The notes below the pieces were generated by a model, which saw only the letters and a program-made list of their open reading frames with translations, made no database searches and had not been told where the DNA came from. A stretch of 64,000 nucleotides of DNA. It comes from Dissostichus eleginoides. Taxonomy: Eukaryota. The translations under genes were made by a program, and so were the position numbers. The stretch covers positions 7,299,185-7,363,184 of the forward strand of contig CM062276.1 of the NCBI GenBank assembly GCA_031216635.1. The letters run 5' to 3'. Below, piece by piece: positions 11,834 to 21,044 of the stretch; positions within the stretch are counted from its first letter, which is position 1, and every line of letters begins with the position of its first letter.

Positions 11834-12287
11834 AAACATTCATTAGCTAACAATGACATTATTGTTCTATTAATATAAAGGGAGGTCAGTTACTCTTTAA
11901 AACAGGTGGTAGTTATGGGTACTTTTTACTTAAGTACATTTTGAAGCCCATACTTCTTTACTTTCACTTGAGTAAAGAAGTTTAGTCAGTACTTCTACTT
12001 TTACAAGAGTATTTTTAAACACGAGTATCTGTACTTCTACTTGAGTACAGGATGTGTGTACTTTTGCCATCTCTGGTTACCTCTGAGGCGTTGGCAGTGA
12101 GTCCCACAGCGATGTATCCTGCGGACTCTCCGCTCAGCTCGACAGAGAGGTCAACCCCGTTGGGAGGCACTGGGACGGAGGAGACCGCGGAGACAAACAG
12201 ACAGGGAGAGTTTCCAGAGGGGTCGCAGTTATTTGGAGTCTCCACACACAGTTTGGAGACTCCACAGCCATCTCGAGTGATGTTCAC
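5292..12287 (-). CDS. DOMON-domain single-pass membrane protein gene (ferric-chelate-reductase-1-like DOMON, no cytochrome b561 part); 5 phase-consistent exons found, 5' signal-peptide exon(s) not located
   Basis: Exons 12081-12287, 8149-8259, 7520-7658, 6216-6371, 5292-5344, all with AG/GT boundaries and compatible phases (0,0,0->1,1->1,1->stop). Conceptual product: VNITRDGCGVSKLCVETPNNCDPSGNSPCLFVSAVSS...GYIAVGLTANASE / GTSMLFICAQNSSDNGTFFFRTMQMNNTSNMLTPTER / VKEIRGLNGNMIKCEFTVPNVNASNTRSSEDTTFFVLLGNGSFDG / S-DFGLFIRLLDSKPLDLTKPDSNVPAPTTMPNNTTMPNKTTMPNNSGALQPH / AVLLLLSVLTLSVLLRV*. Confidence 0.6.
6216..6371 (-). CDS. DOMON gene exon 4: Thr/Pro/Asn-rich mucin-like stalk with 3 x PNNTTM-type repeats
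   Basis: tgttcag|GTGATTTTGG ... CCTCATG|gtaaga; 156 nt; tandem 18-nt (ccaccatgcccaacaa[c/g]a)x3 encoding TTMPNN/TTMPNK/TTMPNN with N-glycosylation sequons. Confidence 0.55.
6450..7396 (+). mobile_element. TIR DNA-transposon-like element (family A; TIR TTTAAAGGTC[C/A]CCTATTAT), longest copy (947 bp)
   Basis: Termini cattaaaggtcccctcatgc ... gcataataggtgacctttaaa. Its ends align to the three ~500-600 bp copies; it carries ~500 bp of extra internal sequence (6640-7150), so the short copies look like internal-deletion MITE derivatives. Confidence 0.7.
7520..7658 (-). CDS. DOMON gene exon 3
   Basis: ttctag|AGAGTGAAAG ... GACGGAA|gtaagt; 139 nt (leaves 1 nt, completed by GT of the next exon to give Ser); RVKEIRGLNGNMIKCEFTVPNVNASNTRSSEDTTFFVLLGNGSFDG. 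Confidence 0.55.
8149..8259 (-). CDS. DOMON gene exon 2
   Basis: tccgcag|GGTACCAGC ... GAGAGG|gtgagatc; 111 nt; GTSMLFICAQNSSDNGTFFFRTMQMNNTSNMLTPTER. Confidence 0.55.
8404..8473. repeat. (TG)n microsatellite
   Basis: ~35 uninterrupted TG units. Confidence 0.95.
9318..11143 (+). mobile_element. hAT-like non-autonomous DNA transposon with an 8-bp TSD and a BED-zinc-finger ORF remnant
   Basis: Perfect 18-bp TIRs CAGTGGTTCTCAACTGGT / ACCAGTTGAGAACCACTG. Flanking direct repeat CTCTAAA(C/T) on both sides (8-bp TSD). Subterminal gtaacgcgttac-type repeats at 10230-10290 and 10940-11050. Confidence 0.75.
10382..10921 (+). CDS. BED-type zinc-finger (hAT transposase N-terminal) ORF remnant inside the hAT-like element
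   Basis: MAESAITFEGWRYAHYFEFVRRIDRNVTVRCKLCPGQKLLSTAVNTTSNLSKHLQRTHAKVK matches the BED finger pattern W.YF.F......V.CKLC...LS......TSNL.RHLQR.H; the ORF degenerates afterwards. Confidence 0.6.
   Translation: MQCCINMAESAITFEGWRYAHYFEFVRRIDRNVTVRCKLCPGQKLLSTAVNTTSNLSKHLQRTHAKVKLISKDPEPRVRMLFYTGYLFVKYLFILPVSHHIDMAHLFLYYNFSLEMLFTFHRLLACCGRLVAYFIKEHKKDLCYVFLIAIVIGVQVESRRGKTVARLHCRCAAVCVICL
11795..11832. repeat. (TG)n microsatellite
   Basis: ~19 TG units. Confidence 0.95.
12081..12287 (-). CDS. DOMON gene exon (N-terminal part of the DOMON domain)
   Basis: Acceptor ctaacag|GTGAAC and donor CTCAGAG|gtaacc; 207 nt = 69 codons; motif NITRDGCG..KLC....CDP......CLFVS typical of the start of DOMON domains (FRRS1/SDR2 type). 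Confidence 0.6.
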
Positions 12288-12320
12288 CTGTTAGACACAC
12301 ACAGAAACATCAACACAGGC

Positions 12321-12927
12321 TTTAAAGGTCCCCTATTATACTCTTTTTCATCAATATATTATAGGTCTCAGATATATACAAACATGTCTCTGAAGTGTTT
12401 GGCTCCAAACACCAAACAGATCATTGCAGCATCCCATAATCCCCTCTGTTTCAGCCCTGTTTCAAAAGTGCTGATTCTCTGTCTGTTACTTTAGATGAAA
12501 ATAAGGAGCCACTCCCCACGCCCCTCTGAGAGATATTTGGTTAAAAAGAACACAATGGTGCTCTAGGAGGAGATTCAGGTGATAAGGTGGGGGGGGGGGT
12601 TACCTTGGTTGGTGATTGGCTAATGGTTACACAAGCCAAAAAATCGTTATGACATCATAAAGTGGCCAAAATCTGATCAGCTCATTTTCAGACAGGTTTT
12701 TATATAAATGGATCAGGACAAAAATTGATAGAATCTTTGTTCCTGAAACTTTCAGAATCTCTTTACACAGAGCGGACATGATGATGATCAGATGATGGAC
12801 TTCATTGTGTGTTAAGGATCTATTCCTAGGGGGGTATTTAAGGGCAAAACATAGCTGTTTGTGTGTAGTTTTGAAATCAATAGTATGTTTTAAAAAAGTG
12901 GATTTTGCATAATAGGTGACCTTTAAA
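12321..12927 (+). mobile_element. MITE, family A copy (607 bp)
   Basis: tttaaaggtcccctattatac ... ggattttgcataataggtgacctttaaa; near-identical to 39167-39659 and 44383-44889 (inverted). Confidence 0.75.
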
Positions 12928-13288
12928 CATCTGCGGCTACTCTCAGCTGGCCTCATTCTTTCCTCCTCCTTCATCTATTTTGTAGTTAGATTACATTTTA
13001 TTTAGCTGACGTTTTGTGTAGAAAGTGATTTACTATTTCAGCAATCAACCATGAGGATACAAACTCAGGACGGCAAGAATACTGCAACTACATTACCTTT
13101 AAAGACCCAGTGAAGTGTGCGCCGGTGCATGATCTGTTATGCTAATACGTATAGTAATGACCAAAATTGTCCATTGGAACCCATATCAAAGATGTTGGAA
13201 TAGCAACGAATTTGACGAGTTTTGAATTTTCCGCTGGGAAATCCGCAGTCGACCTCCGCCTTCGTGGGCGTGGCTTGTGATCTACTGC

Positions 13289-14455
13289 GTGACGTCACAA
13301 GATGGGCCCAGCCGAAGTGTTTACATTCACCACCGTTCATTTTGTCTCTGTTTCAAAGTGGAATTTACCAACGTTTTTGAGCGAGTATTTTATTGGAAAG
13401 TGTTTCGCAGTCGACTGGAAGTGATTGCCAATCGAGGAAACCTGACAATGGAGGCGACAGTGAAGAAAAAGGGAGGAAAAACACACGGGAAGCGATGCAT
13501 TGCCGCTGGCTGTGGTAATGTCAAGTCTGCCGAAGTGGCGATGTTTCTGTTCCCAAAAGATGAAGGTGAGTGGCTGGTGTCATTGTTTCGTAGATTCGTA
13601 GATTGTTTATGAAAAATAAAGGCCACTGTGTTTGTGTTTACTAACAAGACTATCATGGCGGCGGCAGAGCTCAAGTCGAGTTTCTCCGCCTGGAGATATT
13701 CTCACTATTTCACTTTTGTCGAGCACAAAGAAAAGAACGTTTTAGTTAAATGTAAGTTGTGTCTTGGCGGGTCAAAGATCCTATCGACTGCCCAAAACAG
13801 CAATTAAAATCTGTTGAAACATCTGCAGAAACAACATGCTGGGACGAAGCTAGTAGCTAAGACCACAGACCCAGACTCATCCGACGCCACTCCACCTCCA
13901 CCTAAGCAACAGCGGCTGGATTGGCACTTTGAAACATATCTTTGTGTTTGTGTTTGTATAGACCACATTGCTTAGCAGAGTTCAGTGATGCAAATGCATG
14001 TCAAGTTGATCAACAGGTTGTATTATTCTCCGATGCAATAACAGTACTGAAATGAAGGCTACAGTATAAGGGCATTAATGGGTGCCCTTTTTTAAGTAAC
14101 TAAAAAGTTACTTTTCACAGTAACGCATTACTTTTTGGTGTAAGTAGTGAAGTAACTAGTAATTGTAACTAGTTACTGGTTTTCAGTAACTAGCACAACA
14201 CTGCATGTGAACATGAATGTTGCATCATGCTATGAACAGATGAATGTATGATCAGGTGATGGCCAATCCTGTGTGTAGATCTACTCTAGATCTATGACAA
14301 AATATTGTCCTCAACTAAATTGACTTCCATGGCCACTTTCCTCATCTATCCTGTCCGAAAAGCTGTCAAAATCACTCATTTCTCTCGCACCAGTATCACT
14401 TTCCGAAGTCTCCGCCATGTTTACAATCACAACTGGGCCCATCTTGTGACGTCAC
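13289..14455. mobile_element. Second hAT-related non-autonomous element bounded by a perfect 23-bp inverted repeat, with a decayed BED-finger ORF
   Basis: GTGACGTCACAAGATGGGCCCAG at 13289-13311 and its exact reverse complement at 14433-14455. Internal ORF MAAAELKSSFSAWRYSHYFTFVEHKEKNVLVKCKLCLGGSKILSTAQNSN* (13655-13805) is BED-like, then frameshifted. gtaacgcattac/gtaactagttac subterminal repeats at 14100-14190. Confidence 0.55.
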
Positions 14456-16242
14456 AGCCGCTATCGTCTGCAGCAGCGGTAGGCTCAGACGGCCGTTCAC
14501 GGGATGAAAAATTTGCGATGTTTATCTCGTCCCTCGCACTTCCTAAAAAATTATTTTAGCCATGAACAGGTACAATTATATGTAAGAAATGAAACTGCCA
14601 TTTCATTTTGGCGCAAAAAAATGCACTTCACGGGCACTTTAAATTAGACCAACAACTTGTTGTGCTGGTGCATTAGCTTCAAACATTTCTGTCAACATTT
14701 TTATTAAATGTTTTCCTTTTTTGTTTAATGGCCAAGGTAGCTAACACTTTTTAGTTGGTGAGTTACACTTCACCAATTTGACAATTGTGTCAGTTTACTC
14801 ATGGCGAGGAGTACTCAGCAGTTACATAATGTCCTATTTTTATTTCAAAAAGCTTTTTTAAGTTTTTGAGATGTCTAGAAACTATTGAGTTGCATTATGG
14901 GAAGTGTAGGATCCACTGTGTTTTGGATGTTGACCAGTTCTTGTCAATGTTTAGGGTATTTAGAATTGTTCTTGATTTTTTTTTTCATATTGATACTTTT
15001 ATTATTATAAACCTCTTAAAATCAGAGCCGTGTTTTGCGGTTTTGTTTGGCTTGGAGTTGAATTTGAGTTTGTAAGTTAGGCTGCGTCAACAACTTCTCA
15101 ATAAAAGAGGGAAGAGAAGTCCAGACCGAGGAAATATGGCAGATTTTAAATACTACACTATACAGATCGACCTGACCTTTTATAAATGAGCTGCTACATC
15201 TAAAAATGTATTTGTAAATTATTATCAACCCTTCAAAATACAAAGGAAATTGGTCCTTGGAAAAATATTTGTTGGTTACCTGTTTGAAAGGTCAAGCAGG
15301 CAATTTGGTTATTTACATTCAGAGGATTGAAGTGAAAGAACTCCCACCTGGGTATTATTGGAAAAAGACAAATGAGACGTTCCCTGGACATCTGGTGACA
15401 GAAAGAGCAGCAACGCAGCGGCCAATACGATCAATCCTCCTTCCATTTCTATCAGGAAGACAGTCATCGACAATGTTAATGTTGACCATGTCTGATCTGA
15501 GAGCCTTTCCATCACCAATTAACCCTCAGTTTTATCTGAAAATCTGAATTAATCCCAAAGATATTTAAACTTTCTCATAGCATATTCATACCTGATCGAA
15601 TTTCACATTTGTATGACTCTTTCATTTAAGCAAGATTGTACATTTTTTGAAAACACATGATGAATTTTACTAATACAGAATTTGTAGTAATGAATTATAA
15701 TTGTTAGAGTTAATACATTCGTGAAATCCTCTTTAAAAATGATATATGAAAATAAAACAATCACAATCAGATCTTGAGACCTTCGTTTTCCTCAGCAAAA
15801 TGATAAAATCACTAAAAAAAGATTACTTCTATACACTACTCTAGTACTAATAGTCCATCTTGCGTTCTTTGTCAGGCTTTTGAGGGAAAGTTAGCAAACT
15901 TAAACATCTACAAATATAAAGTAATATTGAGTTCTTTAATAATCTGTAAACCAGAAAACTTCTCAGTATTGTTAATCTATTCCAGGAAAAGTAAAAACAT
16001 CATAAAGTAGGACAATAGTCTTTAAAATCACACAGCAAACAACATTAAGAGAAAGAAGTGGATATATATTAAAATGAATAATAACAAAACATTAAAAGTA
16101 ATCACTCAATAACCAGGTTTTCCATAAAGACTTACCTGAGGTGTGAGAGTCAAATGTTGAGTTTTAAGAAAGTTTCTTCAGCTGTTTCTGCTCCTCTGTG
16201 TGTGAGAGCTCCTGTGCGAATGATCAGCACTGATGCTGCTGC

Positions 16243-16290
16243 GGGTGATGAGGGAGGAGGAGGAGGGAGGAGGGAGGAGGAGGAGGATTA
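16243..16290. repeat. (GGAGGA)n-like purine-rich simple repeat
   Basis: gggaggaggaggagggaggagggaggaggaggagg. Confidence 0.8.
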
Positions 16291-17965
16291 GGGGGTTTCT
16301 GCAACATCCTGGAACAGGTTTTTCTGCACCTGACTACGACCCGCATGATGTGTTGAAACCGGTAAACAAACACAAGAGGAAATTCTGGTTCTCTGAGAAA
16401 GATCTGACCCAACATAACCCCTCTGTTAGTCAACTCAAAGTCAACTTTATTGTCACTCTTCCAGTTTGTGTGTACAGACCATAGACTGTATATATAAAGG
16501 TACAGACAGAGAGATCGAAATACCGTTTCCCACAATCCTGAATACAAAAATACAAATATATATAAAAACATGTACCTATATATACACAATCAACAGACAC
16601 ATTTATACATATGCACACATTAAGACCTAAATAAAAGCACAACAATCAATATATACAAAATAAGTTAGAAACTGATTCTCAAGTTTAATGTAGTTTACAT
16701 TTTGAGCTTAATTACATAGTACTTTTTTACCTTAGCAGATAATGATTTATTTAAAATGTAATCGGTAAACACATGTTTAGCATACAAGTATGCCAAAGTT
16801 ACAAAATGGCTCCTTTTGAACATCTTTCTAGAACCTATTACTTGAGTATTTGTACAATCTGTAAATAAAGTCAGTGATTTAAGCTGATTTTCTTTTATTG
16901 ATATAACGGTAACATTTAAATAAATATTAAATGTAAGAAAATATAACTATACTTTTCAGTAACACAATGCCAACAATTCAATAAAATGAAGTGAAAATGT
17001 AGCAGTGAGGACAAAAAAAGAAGTTGAAATAACTTTTATCCATGGAAAATGACACATTCATGTCATTATTGTAATTCATCGTGACATGATCCGTTGTTGC
17101 TTCACAGAATAAAGAGACGTCACGACACCGTCAGAGAGAACAGAGACCTGACTGTAAAGTGAAATACAGATCAGGCCGAAGGTGTGATCTAATTCCTGTC
17201 AGATTACTGTGATGGCCTCCTGATATGTTTCCAGTCAAGGACACTTTGATCTCCTTTTTACATTTTTCTATAAATAAACACCCTTCCACACTTCAATTGA
17301 ATGTGAAAGAGAAAAAGTTAAAAAAAACTTAAAGTAATGTCACTTTTTTTTAAGCCAGATCAATACGATTAATTTTAAGTTCAACTATGCCAACTTTTGC
17401 ATTTAATTAGACTTAAAATTCAACAAAACATTTCACAGACCTTGTGTTTCTCCTTATTATACTCCTGTTAAAGTTGAGAGGTCTTAGAAACTATATTTAA
17501 CCAATTATAGGACACTTTGCTCTCCTGAGACTCGGACGGATCACATTTCTTTTGTTGTTGTTACCCTTTCTTTAAAGCAGACCTCACCCTTGCTTAACAA
17601 AAGAAACTGAGCAAAAGGAGGTATGTGTCATTCCTTTACAAAGTAGAGGGGCACTGCTTCACTGGTAAAGTCCCCATTGTCTTAATTGTGGATATTTCTC
17701 AAAAGGTAGATGGTGGGAAAAGAGCACTGAAAGCTCTGGGTAAGAAACCTCAAGAAGAAGTTTAATTGGTGAACAAGTTTCTCTTAACCCATAAGAACCC
17801 GGACCCATTTCTACTTTTGGGAAAATTAAGGGGAACATAATTTAGACTAAATAGACCACCTAGAACACATTTCTGACAAGAAACCGCCCCTATAGTGTCA
17901 AATATCTGAAATGTGACATATATGTCATATTGGGCTTTAATGGTAAAATAACTCTTATTTTTAAC

Positions 17966-18355
17966 TTAAAGGTGGGGTAGGTAAGTTTGAGAAACCGGCT
18001 CGAGATACACTTTTTGTTATATTCCATGGAATGCTCTTAACATCCCGATAGCAATGAATATCTTAAATGCTTTGACAAAAAATCCATAAAAAAATGTCAT
18101 CTGTGGAAGCCGTGGCGCTGTAAAAAGCACGACCAATCATTTGAGCCGCCCCGGCTAAAATAACTGGATGGCCTACCTGCCTGTCAGCCTTCCATCTGTG
18201 CACAAACTCATCTCGTGCCCTCATTGGTCATGTGCGCGTTCGTGTGTGTTGGAGGAGGGGCTCTGTAAGGAAGGGGCAGATTTGTTCCGGCTGTGTATTT
18301 TCAAATTCTAGCGCACTCGAGCTGGTTTCTCCAAAATTACCTACCCCACCTTTAA
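17966..18355 (+). mobile_element. MITE, family B (TIR TTAAAGGTGGGGTAGGTAAGTT), 390 bp
   Basis: ttaaaggtggggtaggtaagtttgagaaaccggctcgag ... ctcgagctggtttctccaaaattacctaccccacctttaa; an inverted paralog lies at 58031-58420. Confidence 0.75.
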
Positions 18356-19820
18356 TTAATGAGGATGATTTTTTGGTTTAAATTAGTTTGAACACTCTTT
18401 GAATTGAAGAATAAGAACATATTAACTCAATATAATTGAATCAGCTAAATTAACTGAGCAGATCATAATCATATTTCTAATTGTGCGTATATGTCACTTT
18501 GGGTTTACTGTGAAAGTTTAGGGTTAAAGTCCCGACCAGTGTCACAGCGATATTTATCTCATTTGTTTCATATCAATTTGATCAATAAATGTTTCCACAA
18601 CTGGTCAAATGTAATAAAGGACATGTTATGTAAGCATTTTAATTCTTAAATGGCTTGAATTTTACCTTTAGCAACAACAAAAAAGCTTTTGAAATGTAGC
18701 TCGTTATGTCACATGTGTTAGTCTGGCACATGGACATCTTGGACATGTTGTCATGGGAACACTAAATCAAATGTCCTGGACCATGACCCACCAGACTGTT
18801 CAGTGTGTGTCACTGAGGGACTTCATGAGATAAAATAAAGGCTAAAGCTGTATGAGGCAGAACATTTAAAGTTCATGTGACCCCCGTGTCACGGTGGGTC
18901 CTTGTGGGTTCAAACTAAATGTCAAAGTGAAACACAGCAAACACAGCTTCTCCAGTAATGTAGCGAAAGCATCTGGCGTTGTTCCTCTGAAAAAACTAAC
19001 AATAAAGTGTACAAACGCACTGAGTAACACCTGCTAATGTAAAATAAAAAGAAACTAATGTCTCTTTTACTAGAAGTTCATATTTGTACCTGATTCTCTT
19101 AGCTTTATTAGAAGTAACACCCTTACAATAATAGACAGTAAGCACATGGTTATGTTTGTTTAATAAATGCTTAATTATACTAAAATATATTTTCTTTCTT
19201 AATGCAGTTTGACAGCACTGACAGGAACAGTTTTGTGAGAATAATAACTTGAGTAATATTTGACAGAATTACTGAACCCTTTAGTTTGTTGTTGATGTAA
19301 ATAGTGATATATTTTACTTACTTTACTCTTTGCAAGTCTGTGTGTGAATACATTTGTGAATCAGCCCCTTCAAGTCCTTAAATCCTCGAACAAAATGCAC
19401 CTGATCTGATCCTCTCCTTCTCAGTTGGTACGATAACATTTGAAGAACTAAACACAAACAGGTGGAGGGGAAAGGTTTGTCATTGGTTTCAATATTATGA
19501 GTTTTAAGCTGCATTCGAGTCTATGTGGGCGCATTAATCCTTATTGTAGTGGATGGTTACAGTAGAAACTCCATTTGAATTTGAATACCCTCAGTATTTA
19601 TCACTGATCGACTGTGAATGAGCTCTTAACCCTCCTGTTGTCTTCGGGTCAAATCTGACCGATTTACTACTTTCATCAATCATAACTTTTGTGTTTTACA
19701 TTCGATCGCATTAAGGCTTTATGATATCCTTCACAGTAGACATTTGAACATATAAAATGGCTGATCACCACTTTCATTGAATTTTGGATGATTTAGTCAA
19801 CTTTGTATCACCCATGGTGT

Positions 19821-19822
<2 letters not shown>

Positions 19823-19882
<60 letters not shown>
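19823..19882. repeat. (CA)n microsatellite
   Basis: ~30 CA units. Confidence 0.95.
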
Positions 19883-19885
<3 letters not shown>

Positions 19886-20640
19886 AGATGTGTTCCCCCC
19901 CCTTATGTGCCCATCCCCCCACATGGATCACACCTGGCACACGCAATACATGTTCAGTGTCTATTCTTTACTGCAGTTGTTCATGTATACCAGTAGTCTG
20001 ATACAATATTTACAGTTTGAAAGGGTGTTCAATGAAATTTGGTGATGATTAATGGTTTTTGCTTTAATGTAATAGCAGTTAAAACAGGACCGGTCAAATT
20101 TGACCGCGAACACCAAAGTAAGGGGGGAAACGAAGACAATAGGAGGGATCTCTCAATGTGTTATTTCTTAAGGGAAAATGCCTCCCTGGTTGTAAAGTTG
20201 GTACTTTGCAATCTCTCTTTATTTTTTGGTATTTGTTTTGCCTCTCTTTGCTCTGATCAACCTGCAGGGCGTATACCTAAGGCGTGTTGTTACTCAAACT
20301 AGAGCTACAGGATAAACAGACACACTGAGGGAAGATCGATGAGGAAAGAAAACCCTTAACAGTCTGCAGAGTGTTTCCTTTAAGATGTGTGGTACAGCTG
20401 CTTTTAGCTGGCAGTTAAGGTGTTAAAAACTGAAATTGATTCATGTAAAATCCCACCTACATCTTTGAAAAATGCAGAGATCTTCCACTTTCAAATGTTA
20501 AAGAGGACATATTACGCTCTTGTTCAGGTTCATATCAGTATGTAGTGTCTCTACCGGGACATGTCTCCATGCTTTAATGTTCAAAAAGCTCTTTATTGTT
20601 CTCATACTGCCTGTGCTGCAGCACCTCTTTTCACCCTCTG

Positions 20641-20740
20641 TCTGAAACCAGAGCCCAGTCTGCTCTGATTGGTTAGCTGGCCGGCTCTGTTGTGATTGGT
20701 CAACCGCTTAGAGATGTCCCGCCCCCCTTAGCCTATTACG
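20641..20740. promoter_or_regulatory. Candidate CCAAT/GC-box promoter-like cluster, orientation and target unknown
   Basis: Two gattgg (inverted CCAAT) boxes 27 bp apart (ctgattggttagctgg ... tgtgattggtcaacc), followed by a GC box gtcccgcccccc; no TATA, and no gene could be assigned. Confidence 0.2.
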
Positions 20741-21044
20741 TATAATAAATTGGAGCGAGTGTTACATAGGGATGTCACTGAAGTAAACAAAGGAGTCCAA
20801 TGTAGTCTTTGTAGACCATGCACAAAAACCTATAGAACACATGGAAGGGAAAACCCACCAAAAGCATATTAGGGCAACTAGTTTGGCTTCTTGACTTTGA
20901 TGTCTTTAAGCAAATAAAAGTGTCTTAAAATATTTGTTCTGCAGTTGTTTGCCATTCCTCTATGAAAGAGTACATGACCTATAACATGCAGATCAGTTTC
21001 AGAGGACAATGATCACACGAACATAAACACACAGACAATAGAGT

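Noticed and set aside
15381-15446. Signal-peptide-like start MEGGLIVLAAALLLFLSPDVQG (minus strand), a candidate first exon of the DOMON gene
   Set aside because: I found no donor site giving an in-frame join to the phase-0 DOMON exon at 12287. The nearest GTAAAT donor leaves a phase that creates a stop. It is kept only as a hypothesis inside the DOMON finding.
16224-16645. ORFs of 71-121 aa around the (GGAGGA)n repeat
   Set aside because: They are low-complexity, have no splice or coding signal, and resemble nothing recognised.
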